From positions 840,001 through 872,000 of the forward strand of contig NZ_CP027570.1 in assembly GCF_003010495.1 (NCBI RefSeq): a stretch of DNA of 32,000 nucleotides, in the 5' to 3' direction. Position 1 is the first letter of the stretch. Every line of letters begins with the position of its first letter. This document shows, piece by piece, positions 19,148-27,465 of the stretch. Position numbers and translations under genes: made by a program. Source of the DNA: Megasphaera elsdenii DSM 20460. GTDB taxonomy: Bacteria > Bacillota > Negativicutes > Veillonellales > Megasphaeraceae. The notes under the pieces are model-generated. The model was not told the DNA's origin, ran no database searches, and worked only from the letters and a program-made list of their open reading frames with translations.

Positions 19148-20386
19148 ATGAAACGAAATCGCTGGCTCATCGCCCTGTCTGCCATGGGGCTCCACCTCTG
19201 TATCGGCAGTGTCTATGCCTGGAGCGTCCTCACCAAGCCCATTATGGAATCTATGGGATTTACCCTCAAGGAAACGACGTGGACCTTTTCCCTGGCCATC
19301 TTGTTCCTCGGTTTGTCGGCCGGCTTTTTGGGCAGTTTTGTCCAGAAAATCGGGCCCCGTAAATCGGGCCTCTTATCGATGACCTGCTTCGTCACGGCCA
19401 TGTTCGGTACGGCAGCAGCTCTCTACGCCCACAGCCTGCCCATGCTCTACGCCTTTTACGGCGTCATCGGCGGCATCGGCCTGGGAACGGGCTATATCAC
19501 GCCCGTATCGACTCTGGTCAAATGGTTCCCGGAAAACCGGGGCTTCGCTACGGGTCTGGCCATCATGGGCTTCGGCTTTGCCAGCCTCATTGCCGGCCCG
19601 GCTATGCAGCTCTTGGTCCAGCATTTCGGCCTGGTCGCCAATTTCATCATCCTTGGCTGCGTCTATATGGTCATCATGACGGCTTCGTCGCTCTACCTGG
19701 CGTCGCCTGCTGCCGGTGACGTCCCGGCCAAGGCCGAAAAAGAAGGAACTGTCGAATATGCCGACGCCCAGCCGCAGTTCACCGTCCGCCAGGCCATGAA
19801 GACCTGGCAGTTCTACGCCATCTGGTGGCTCTTCTTCACCAACATCACCTGCGGCATCGCCCTGCTGTCCGTCGCCTCGCCGATGGCCCAGGACGTCGTC
19901 GGCATGTCGCCGTTGGCAGCGGCTTCCATGGTGGGCCTCATCGGCCTCATGAACGGTGCCGGCCGCATTGCCTGGGCGACTGTATCCGACTACCTCGGCC
20001 GCTCGGCTACATACGTCCTCTTCTTCCTTATCGAAATCCTGGCTTTCTGGCAGCTGGCCCGCGTTACCAGCGCCTTTAGCTTCCAGGTCCTGGTCCTGCT
20101 CATCATCTCCTGCTATGGCGGCGGCTTCTCGTGCATGCCGGCCTATCTCAGCGACCTCTTCGGCACGAAATACCTCAGCGCCATCCACGGCCGTATCCTC
20201 ACGGCCTGGGGGGCTGCCGGCGTCGCCGGTCCCCTGGTCCTGTCGCTTATCAAAGAAAATACCAATAGCTACGCCGTGACGCTGTACTTCTTCGTCGGCG
20301 CCTTCGTCGCTGCCCTGGCCTTGATGATTTTCCTGAAATACCGCACCCGCCACGGCATCGCCAGGGTCGCAGAAGCGCGGGGATAA
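19148..20386 (+). CDS. MFS transporter, oxalate/formate antiporter (OFA, YhjX-like) family
   Basis: 412 aa, about 12 TM segments. Family motifs LCIGSVYAWSVL and VKWFPENRGFATGLAIMGFG. RBS AAGGAG lies 9 nt upstream. Confidence 0.88.
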   Translation: MKRNRWLIALSAMGLHLCIGSVYAWSVLTKPIMESMGFTLKETTWTFSLAILFLGLSAGFLGSFVQKIGPRKSGLLSMTCFVTAMFGTAAALYAHSLPMLYAFYGVIGGIGLGTGYITPVSTLVKWFPENRGFATGLAIMGFGFASLIAGPAMQLLVQHFGLVANFIILGCVYMVIMTASSLYLASPAAGDVPAKAEKEGTVEYADAQPQFTVRQAMKTWQFYAIWWLFFTNITCGIALLSVASPMAQDVVGMSPLAAASMVGLIGLMNGAGRIAWATVSDYLGRSATYVLFFLIEILAFWQLARVTSAFSFQVLVLLIISCYGGGFSCMPAYLSDLFGTKYLSAIHGRILTAWGAAGVAGPLVLSLIKENTNSYAVTLYFFVGAFVAALALMIFLKYRTRHGIARVAEARG

Positions 20387-20395
20387 TCGTTCATC

Positions 20396-20504
20396 GTAGG
20401 GGTCGCCACGTGGGCGACCCGTTCGGAAATTGGGGGATTCTCCTAGAAAAATGATTGGAAAATTCACATATCCTGAAGCGGGCGCCCCACGTGGTCGCCC
20501 CTAC
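20396..20504. repeat. inverted pair of GTAG-headed GC-rich hairpin repeats (REP/REPIN-like doublet)
   Basis: GTAGGGGTCGCCACGTGGGCGACCCGTT (20396-20423, + orientation). Reverse complement of 20466-20504 is GTAGGGGCGACCACGTGGGGCGCCCGCTTCAGGATATGTG. Heads face outward. Confidence 0.7.
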
Positions 20505-20508
20505 AATG

Positions 20509-20541
20509 AAAAAAGCTGTCGCTTATGCGGCAGCTTTTTTT
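20509..20541. terminator. bidirectional-looking intrinsic terminator downstream of the MFS gene
   Basis: A6, then AGCTGTCGC, loop TTAT, GCGGCAGCT, then T7 (20509-20541). Lies about 125 nt past the stop codon, after the repeat doublet. Confidence 0.65.
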
Positions 20542-20602
20542 CGACGAACGATGAACGCCATCGCTGAAAGCGGTAAATCATTCACGGCCTGTGGCCTTGT
20601 GC

Positions 20603-20757
20603 GTAGGGGACGTCCTGTTAAGGCGTCCCGTTGTGAACAATGGAAGATATACCCAACTGGTCCATGAGGCATGGCTTTGCGGCCGGCGAATAATGATATC
20701 GACGAACAGCATTTCGCGGGATTCCCACAACGGGCCGCCCTTTGGGACGGCCCCTAC
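20603..20757. repeat. second inverted pair of the same GTAG-headed hairpin repeat family
   Basis: GTAGGGGACGTCCTGTTAAGGCGTCCCGTTGTG (20603-20635, +). Reverse complement of 20715-20757 is GTAGGGGCCGTCCCAAAGGGCGGCCCGTTGTGGGAATCCCGCG. Confidence 0.7.
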
Positions 20758-20809
20758 TACGAATGTGAATAAAATCACTTAATGAGTTGGGCGCATAGAT
20801 GAATGAAAA

Positions 20810-20855
20810 TGATTGCTTTTTGATTATAATGATTGGATTTGATTGAAATTGATTG
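20810..20855 (+). promoter_or_regulatory. five phased TGATTG/A direct repeats (candidate FruR/DeoR-family operator)
   Basis: TGATTG at 20810, TGATTA at 20821, and TGATTG at 20830, 20840 and 20850. Spacings are 11, 9, 10 and 10 bp. The repeats overlap the -35 of the fruR promoter. Confidence 0.45.
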
Positions 20856-20871
20856 AATATAACGGTATAAT
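20843..20871 (+). promoter_or_regulatory. candidate promoter of the fruR-fruK-fruA operon
   Basis: TTGAAA (20843-20848), 17 nt spacer, TATAAT (20866-20871). Lies 33 nt upstream of the fruR ATG. Confidence 0.55.
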
Positions 20872-20904
20872 GAGGCCAAAGGAGGATAAAAGGGAAGTGA
20901 TACG

Positions 20905-21666
20905 ATGTTGACAGAAGAAAGACATGAAAAAATCATGCGTCTTGTCAATACGAGCGGTGCCGTTTCGGTCCAGGACTTAGTAAGTTTTCTGAACATTTCC
21001 GAATCGACGGTCCGCCGGGATTTGCTCACGCTGGACCGCGAAGGCCGTCTGCGCCGCGTCCATGGCGGGGCCACGACGCTGCGCGATGATTCTTCGTATG
21101 AAGCGGATATGGAAAACCTGCAGGATAAATATTCCATCCATATGAGCGACAAACGCCGCATCGCCCAGTATGCGGCCAGCCTGATCAAGAAAGATGATTT
21201 CGTCTATCTCGATGCCGGTTCGACGACAGAGCAGATGGCCGATTTCCTGGCCGGGTCCGAAGCGACTTTCGTGACCAACAGCATCCCGCTGGCTCAGAAA
21301 TTAGGGCGCAGCGGCAGCCGCATCTATATCCTGCCCGGACGGGTCAAAGGCGATACGGAAGCCATTGTCGGCAGCGAAATGCGGGACATGATCGGCCGCT
21401 ATCATTTCACCAAAGGGTTCTTCGGAGCCAATGGGATCGCTCCCCATTCCGGCTGTACGACGCCAGATGATGAAGAAGCTGTCTGCAAGCGCGCTGCCGT
21501 CGGCCAGTGCCTGGACCGCTTCGTCCTGGCCGATTCCAGTAAATTCGGTTTATCTTCGCACATTACTTTTGCAGATTTATCAATGGTTACGCTGATTACG
21601 GCAAAGGCCGAAGAGCACATTGACTACCGGCCGTATCAGCAGATTACGGAGGTGCATATCCTGTGA
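20905..21666 (+). CDS. fruR: DeoR/GlpR-family transcriptional repressor of the fructose operon
   Basis: 253 aa. N-terminal HTH ERHEKIMRLVNTSGAVSVQDLVSFLNISESTVRRDLLTLDREGRLRRVHGGA followed by a DeoR C-terminal sensor domain. First gene of the fructose operon. Confidence 0.9.
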   Translation: MLTEERHEKIMRLVNTSGAVSVQDLVSFLNISESTVRRDLLTLDREGRLRRVHGGATTLRDDSSYEADMENLQDKYSIHMSDKRRIAQYAASLIKKDDFVYLDAGSTTEQMADFLAGSEATFVTNSIPLAQKLGRSGSRIYILPGRVKGDTEAIVGSEMRDMIGRYHFTKGFFGANGIAPHSGCTTPDDEEAVCKRAAVGQCLDRFVLADSSKFGLSSHITFADLSMVTLITAKAEEHIDYRPYQQITEVHIL

Positions 21667-22568
21667 TTTATACAGTTACGTTCAATCCATCCTTAGACTA
21701 TGTCGTCCACATGAAGACCTTTACGGCCGGTGATATCAACCGCGCCGAACAGGAAATGATTTATCCCGGCGGCAAGGGCATCAATGTATCCCTCGTCCTG
21801 GGGAACCTTCACATCCCGTCCAAGATGCTCGGCTTCATCGCCGGTTTTACGGGCCGGGAAATTGAACGGCTGGCCAAAGCCAATGGCGGCGATACGGATT
21901 TCATCGTCCTCGATGAAGGCTGCTCGCGCATCAACCTCAAAGTCAGCGCCGATGATGAAACGGCTGTCAACGGCATGGGACCGCATATTCCGGAAGAAAA
22001 ACTGCAGGCCCTGCTGACTCAGATCGATACCCTCAAAGCTGGCGACACGCTGGTCCTGGCTGGCAGTATTTCCAGCGATATCCCCGATGATATTTACGAA
22101 CAGATCCTCAAACGCCTCCAGGGCCGCGGAATCCGCGTCGTCGTCGATGCTACGGGCGACCTTTTGAAGAATGTCATCAAATATAAACCGTTCCTCATCA
22201 AGCCGAACAACTTTGAATTAGGCGAACTGTTCAGCGTCGACCTCCATACGGATGAAGAAATCACGGTCTGCGCCAAACAGCTCCAGGCCATGGGGGCCCG
22301 CAACGTCCTCGTCTCCCTCGGCGGCGACGGCGCCCTGCTCCTCGGCGAAGACGGCCAGGTATACCGCCGCCAATCCCCAAATGGCACGCTGGTCAACTCC
22401 GTCGGCGCCGGCGACAGCATGGTCGCTGGCTTCCTGGCCGGCTTTGAAGCGTCGAAAGGCGACCTCAACGAAGCCCTGAAAATGGGCATCAGCGCCGGTA
22501 GTGCTTCGGCTTTCCATGAATGGCTGGCTACGGAAGACGATATCAAAGAAGTATACGCGGCCTTATAA
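21663..22568 (+). CDS. fruK: 1-phosphofructokinase (PfkB family)
   Basis: GTG start overlaps the fruR TGA (GTGA). Motifs IYTVTFNPSLDY, GGKGINVS and C-terminal GAGDSMVAGF. Confidence 0.92.
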   Translation: MIYTVTFNPSLDYVVHMKTFTAGDINRAEQEMIYPGGKGINVSLVLGNLHIPSKMLGFIAGFTGREIERLAKANGGDTDFIVLDEGCSRINLKVSADDETAVNGMGPHIPEEKLQALLTQIDTLKAGDTLVLAGSISSDIPDDIYEQILKRLQGRGIRVVVDATGDLLKNVIKYKPFLIKPNNFELGELFSVDLHTDEEITVCAKQLQAMGARNVLVSLGGDGALLLGEDGQVYRRQSPNGTLVNSVGAGDSMVAGFLAGFEASKGDLNEALKMGISAGSASAFHEWLATEDDIKEVYAAL

Positions 22569-22617
22569 AGAAACACGTAGTTTTGTGTAGAAAGTTGAGA
22601 AGAGAAGGAGAGAAATA

Positions 22618-24567
22618 ATGCGTATTGTAGATTTACTCAAGAAACAGAGCATCGACCTCAATGCGTCTGTAGCCGACAAAGCTGCTGCCATCGACCACCT
22701 GGTCGACCTCATGGCTGCCGGTGGCAACCTGAACGACAAAGAGCTGTACAAACAGCGCGTCCTGGCTCGTGAACAGGAAGGAAGTACGGGTATCGGCGAA
22801 GGCATCGCTATTCCCCATGCCAAGACGGAAGCCGTCAATGAACCGGGCCTGGCTTCGATGATCGTCCGCGACGGCGTCGACTACGAAAGCCTCGACGACG
22901 AACCGGCTCACCTGTTCTTCCTCATCGCCGCTCCGGCTGGCGGTGCCAACGTCCATCTGGAAGTCTTGAGCCGCCTGAGCCGTATGCTCATGGACGACGA
23001 TTTCCGCGACAACCTGATGAATGCCAAGACACCGGAAGAATACCTGGCTATCATCGATAAAGCTGAAGCCGAACAGGTCGCAGCCGAAGAAGAAGAAGCT
23101 GCTGCCGAAGCGGCCGCCGAAGAAGCACCGGCTGAACCGGAAACGGCAGCTCCGTCGGACCGTCCTTACGTCATCGGCGTTACAGCCTGCCCGACGGGCA
23201 TTGCCCATACCTACATGGCGGCAGAAGCCCTGGAAAACAAAGCCGCTGCCATGGGTGTCGACATCAAAATCGAAACGAATGGCTCCGGCGGTGTCAAGAA
23301 CCACCTGACCCAGGCCGATATCGACCGCGCTGTCGGCGTCATCGTCGCCTGCGATAAAGACGTACCGGTCCAGCGTTTTGCCGGCAAACCGGTCATCTTC
23401 ACGAAAGTCGCCAACGGTATCAAGATTCCGGAAGAACTCATCCAGACCGTCCTCGACGGCAAGGCTCCTATTTATCAGGGCAATGATTCTTCGTCGGAAG
23501 CTGTCGACGTCGAAAGCGCTGAAAAAGAAAGCGTCGGCCGCCAGATTTATAAACACCTGATGAACGGCGTATCCCATATGCTTCCCTTCGTCATCGGCGG
23601 CGGGATCCTCATCGCCCTGGCCTTCCTCTTCGATATGGACAACGCCGGTGCGGCCAACTTCGGCAGCGGCACACCGCTGGCTGCCTTCCTGAAGAACGTC
23701 GGTGGCCTTTCCTTCAGCATGATGATGCCGATCCTGGCAGGCTATATCGCCATGAGTATCGGCGAACGGCCGGCCCTCATGCCCGGTATCGTCGGCGGCT
23801 TCCTGGCGACGACAGGCGGATCCGGTTTCTTCGGCGCCCTCTTTGCTGGTTTCATTGCAGGGTACCTCATCATTTTCTTGAAAAAAGCCTTGTCCCATCT
23901 GCCGGAAGCTTTGGACGGCACGAAGTCCATCCTCTTCTATCCGGTCCTCGGCCTGGTCCTCATCGGCGTCATCATGACCTATATCATCAATCCGCCGACG
24001 TCCATCTTCAATACCTGGCTTTTTGATGTCCTCAACAGCATGACCACGTCGAGCCGCATCGTCCTCGGCTTCATCCTCGGCGGCATGATGTCCATCGACT
24101 TCGGCGGCCCGATCAACAAAGCGGCTTACGTCTTCGGCACGGCATCCCTCATGAGTGCCAGCGGTCAGGCTGTCAGCTCGGGCATCATGGCTTCGGTCAT
24201 GGTCGGCGGCATGGTTCCGCCTCTGGCTATTGCCTTGGCCATGCTCCTCTTTAAAGGCAAATTCACGCCGAAAGAACGCCAGTCGACGATTACCAACTTC
24301 ATCATGGGCCTGTCCTTCATTACCGAAGGGGCTATTCCTTTCGCCGCATCGGACCCGGTCCATGTCATCCCGCCCTGCGCTATTGGCGCAGCCGTTGCTG
24401 GTGCTCTTTCCATGCTCTTTAATTGCACTCTTCCGGCTCCGCACGGTGGCATTTTCGTCTTCGGCGTCATCACAAACTGGCCTATGTATATCGCAGCCTT
24501 AGTCGCCGGCGTCATCGTCGCAGCTATCCTGCTCGGTATTTTCCGCAAAAAACGTCCGCAAGACTAA
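22618..24567 (+). CDS. fruA: PTS fructose-specific transporter, fused EIIA-EIIB-EIIC
   Basis: 649 aa. EIIA-2 with GEGIAIPHAK, an Ala/Glu-rich linker, EIIB with VTACPTGIAHTYMAAEAL (active Cys), then a polytopic EIIC. Confidence 0.93.
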   Translation: MRIVDLLKKQSIDLNASVADKAAAIDHLVDLMAAGGNLNDKELYKQRVLAREQEGSTGIGEGIAIPHAKTEAVNEPGLASMIVRDGVDYESLDDEPAHLFFLIAAPAGGANVHLEVLSRLSRMLMDDDFRDNLMNAKTPEEYLAIIDKAEAEQVAAEEEEAAAEAAAEEAPAEPETAAPSDRPYVIGVTACPTGIAHTYMAAEALENKAAAMGVDIKIETNGSGGVKNHLTQADIDRAVGVIVACDKDVPVQRFAGKPVIFTKVANGIKIPEELIQTVLDGKAPIYQGNDSSSEAVDVESAEKESVGRQIYKHLMNGVSHMLPFVIGGGILIALAFLFDMDNAGAANFGSGTPLAAFLKNVGGLSFSMMMPILAGYIAMSIGERPALMPGIVGGFLATTGGSGFFGALFAGFIAGYLIIFLKKALSHLPEALDGTKSILFYPVLGLVLIGVIMTYIINPPTSIFNTWLFDVLNSMTTSSRIVLGFILGGMMSIDFGGPINKAAYVFGTASLMSASGQAVSSGIMASVMVGGMVPPLAIALAMLLFKGKFTPKERQSTITNFIMGLSFITEGAIPFAASDPVHVIPPCAIGAAVAGALSMLFNCTLPAPHGGIFVFGVITNWPMYIAALVAGVIVAAILLGIFRKKRPQD

Positions 24568-24650
24568 TTGCGTTATCTTTATAAATCGTATACACTATAT
24601 AATATAGATTTATCTCACTATTTTATATTTCCTAAAAGGAGGAATTTGTC

Positions 24651-24908
24651 ATGAAAGAATTCGAATTTGTTGTCACCGATCCCCAGGGTATCCACGCTCG
24701 TCCGGCTGGCCTTTTGGTTAAAGAAGCGAAGAAATTTGAATCCAACATCAGCGTATTCAAAGGCGCCCGCAAAGGCGATTTGAAGAAAATCTTCACCATC
24801 ATGGCCCTTGGCGTAAAACAGGGCGAAACGATTAAAGTACAGGTAGAAGGCGCAGACGAAGAACAGGCAGCTAGCGCTGTAGAAGCCTTCTTGAAAGAAA
24901 ACTTCTAA
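24651..24908 (+). CDS. ptsH: phosphocarrier protein HPr
   Basis: 85 aa. Active-site GIHARPAG (His15). RBS AAAGGAGG. Position 46 is Lys rather than Ser (see findings). Confidence 0.95.
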   Translation: MKEFEFVVTDPQGIHARPAGLLVKEAKKFESNISVFKGARKGDLKKIFTIMALGVKQGETIKVQVEGADEEQAASAVEAFLKENF

Positions 24909-24928
24909 TTCTTTGAGGAGGAAAGTAC

Positions 24929-26560
24929 ATGCTGACGTTAAAAGGTAAAAGTGTCTTCTCCGGTATCAGCATCGGACCCTTGGCACTGTTCCATCGCAAT
25001 ACGATTTCTACGGCCGTACGGCCTATTGATGATGCCGAAGCTGAAGTCGCCCGCTTCCAGAAAGCCCGCGAAGAAGCTATTGGCCAGCTCAAGGACTTGT
25101 ATGTCAAGGCTGTAGATAAAGTCGGTGAAGAACAAGCGGCTGTCTTTGAAGTCCATCAGATGATGCTCGATGACGACGATTACGTCGAAGGCATCGAAAC
25201 GAAAATCCGCGATGAAAAAATGAATGCTGAAGCGGCTGTCGACCAGACGGCCCAGGAATTTGCCGAAATGTTCCGTTCCATGGAAGACGCTTATATGCAG
25301 GCTCGTGCCGCTGATGTCCTGGATATTTCCCGTCGTGTCGAACAGCAGCTCTGTGGCGGCCCTGGCATCGATTTCAGCAACTATGACCACGTCATCATTG
25401 CTGCTGACGACCTGGCTCCCAGCGAAACTCTGCAGCTCGATACGGATAAGATTCTCGGTTTCGTAACCTCGGGAGGCAGCACGAATTCGCATACGGCAAT
25501 CCTGGCCCGCACGCTGGGCATTGCCGCCGTCGTCAGCACGGGCACACAGCTCCACAATGACGTCGACAACATGACGGCCATCATCGACGGTACGACGGGT
25601 ACGGTCTACATCAACCCCGATGACGAAACGATGGCTGCCATGAAGCAGAAACAGAAAGAAGAAGAACTGCGCGTCGCCGCCCTGGAACAGGTCCGCGGTG
25701 TCCCGACGGTCACGAAAGATGGCAAGAAGATCAATCTCTATGCCAACATCGGCAACCCGGGCAATCTGCCTCAGGTCCTGGCCAACGATGCCGAAGGCAT
25801 CGGCCTCTTCCGCAGTGAATTTCTCTATCTCGAAAGCAGCGATTATCCGACAGAAGACCAGCAATTCGAAGCCTATAAACAGGCGGCCGAAGCTTTGGGC
25901 GGCAAAACCGTCGTCATCCGTACCCTGGATATCGGCGCCGATAAGAAAGTCGACTACTTCCAGCTCGACCCGGAAGAAAACCCGGCTATGGGCATGCGGG
26001 CTATCCGCATCTGCCTGACCCGCGTCGACCTCTTCAAGACGCAGCTTCGCGCCCTCCTGCGCGCTTCGGCTTATGGCAAGATTGCCATCATGTTCCCGAT
26101 GATCATTTCCGTCTGGGAAGTACAGCGGTGCAAAGAAATCCTCAATGAAGTCCGTCAGGAATTGGATGAAAAAGGTATTGCCTATGATAAGGACATGGAA
26201 ATCGGCATCATGGTCGAAACGCCGGCCGCTGCCGTCATGAGTGAAGAACTGGCTAAAGAAGTAGACTTCTTCAGCATCGGTTCTAATGACTTGACGCAGT
26301 ACACCCTGGCCATCGACCGTCAGCAGACCAAGCTCGATGCCTTCTTCGATCCCCATCATCCGGCTGTCCTCAAGCTCATCCAGATGACCATCGAAAACGG
26401 TCATAAAGCCGGCATCTGGGTCGGCATCTGCGGCGAACTTGGTGCAGACCTGACACTGACCGAAACGTTCCTGCGCATGGGCGTAGACGAACTCTCCGTC
26501 AGCCCACCGTCGGTCCTGCCGCTCCGTGAAAAAGTACGCTCTCTCGATTTGAGCAAGTGA
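24929..26560 (+). CDS. ptsI: phosphoenolpyruvate-protein phosphotransferase (PTS Enzyme I)
   Basis: 543 aa. Phospho-His region GGSTNSHTAILARTLGIAAV, PEP-utilising motifs GLFRSEFLY and FFSIGSNDLTQYTLA, and GICGELG. Confidence 0.95.
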   Translation: MLTLKGKSVFSGISIGPLALFHRNTISTAVRPIDDAEAEVARFQKAREEAIGQLKDLYVKAVDKVGEEQAAVFEVHQMMLDDDDYVEGIETKIRDEKMNAEAAVDQTAQEFAEMFRSMEDAYMQARAADVLDISRRVEQQLCGGPGIDFSNYDHVIIAADDLAPSETLQLDTDKILGFVTSGGSTNSHTAILARTLGIAAVVSTGTQLHNDVDNMTAIIDGTTGTVYINPDDETMAAMKQKQKEEELRVAALEQVRGVPTVTKDGKKINLYANIGNPGNLPQVLANDAEGIGLFRSEFLYLESSDYPTEDQQFEAYKQAAEALGGKTVVIRTLDIGADKKVDYFQLDPEENPAMGMRAIRICLTRVDLFKTQLRALLRASAYGKIAIMFPMIISVWEVQRCKEILNEVRQELDEKGIAYDKDMEIGIMVETPAAAVMSEELAKEVDFFSIGSNDLTQYTLAIDRQQTKLDAFFDPHHPAVLKLIQMTIENGHKAGIWVGICGELGADLTLTETFLRMGVDELSVSPPSVLPLREKVRSLDLSK

Positions 26561-26561
26561 T

Positions 26562-26601
26562 AAAAAAAAGAGGCTGTCGCATTAAGACAGCCTCTTTTTT
26601 A
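26562..26601. terminator. bidirectional intrinsic terminator between convergent ptsI and the binding-protein gene
   Basis: A8, then GAGGCTGTC (26570-26578), loop GCATTAA, GACAGCCTC (26586-26594), then T6. Confidence 0.8.
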
Positions 26602-26605
26602 TTAC

Positions 26606-27421
26606 TTATTTCAACACTTCATCCGAGCTGGTCGGGAGGTTCGGCATATCGGTGTTGAACCATTTCTTGTAGATTTTCTGGAATTCGCCTGTTTCTTTCA
26701 GTTTTGCCATAGCGTCGTTGACTTGTTTCAACAATTCTTTATTGTCTTTGTTGATGGCGAAGGCCAGGTATTCCGGCTTGATATTGGGGATGTCGATGAC
26801 ATCGAATTTTCCTTTGCCGTCCTGGGTCAGGAAGTAATCGGCAACCGGTTTGTCGAGGATAGCTGCCGGCGAGCCGCCGACCTGGAGTTCCATAATGGCT
26901 TCGGAGTTATTGTCGAACTGTTTGATTGTATAGCCCTGTTCTTCCGCGTATTTGGCACCAGTCGTACCAATCTGGACGGCAATCTGCTTGCCCTGCAGGT
27001 CGGCTACGGAATGGATGTTGCTGTTCTTCGGCGTCAGGATGACCAGTTTCGATTCGTAGAACGGAGCGGCAAAGGCGACTTTCTGTGCCCGTTCCTTGGT
27101 CACCGTCATGCCCGTGGCGGCAATATCCATGTCACCTTGTTGAATGATGGGGATGATGCCCGAAAAAGCGATGTTGTTAAATTCGACGTCCCGGCCCATT
27201 TCTTTGGCGACGGCGCGGATCAGATCCATTTCAAAACCCTTGTATTCCGACGATTCGTCGCTGTCCTTAAATTCAAAAGGAACGAACGTCGCATTGGTGG
27301 CGACGCGAAGCGGCTTTTTCGCATCGTTGGCAGTATCTTTCTTGTCGCTGCCGCAGCCGGCCAGCATGGACGCAGCCAAGACACCCGTAAGTAAAGCAGC
27401 ACCTAATTTTTTCGTATCCAT
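26606..27421 (-). CDS. amino-acid ABC transporter substrate-binding lipoprotein (SBP family 3), no adjacent permease/ATPase
   Basis: 271 aa. Lipobox MLAGCGS. Motifs LRVATNATFVPFEF, GFEMDLIRAVAKEMG and DIAATGMTVTKERA. Confidence 0.88.
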   Translation of the reverse strand: MDTKKLGAALLTGVLAASMLAGCGSDKKDTANDAKKPLRVATNATFVPFEFKDSDESSEYKGFEMDLIRAVAKEMGRDVEFNNIAFSGIIPIIQQGDMDIAATGMTVTKERAQKVAFAAPFYESKLVILTPKNSNIHSVADLQGKQIAVQIGTTGAKYAEEQGYTIKQFDNNSEAIMELQVGGSPAAILDKPVADYFLTQDGKGKFDVIDIPNIKPEYLAFAINKDNKELLKQVNDAMAKLKETGEFQKIYKKWFNTDMPNLPTSSDEVLK

Positions 27422-27465
27422 ACAATCCCCTCCAGAAATTGAATAAAAATAAATTTATGTTTATT

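Noticed and set aside
20451-20462. ATGATTGGAAAA inside the left repeat doublet, resembling the TGATTG operator repeats upstream of fruR.
   Set aside because: It is a single isolated copy about 360 bp from the promoter. It is most simply a chance match in the AT-rich spacer.
20396-20757. Possibility that the repeated GC-rich palindromes are a CRISPR array or integron attC sites.
   Set aside because: The copies occur in both orientations, differ in sequence and length, and are irregularly spaced. No unique spacers of constant size, cas genes or intI gene are present.
20775-21188. 137-aa minus-strand ORF overlapping the fruR start and promoter.
   Set aside because: It is antisense to the well-supported DeoR HTH region, with no SD and no motif.
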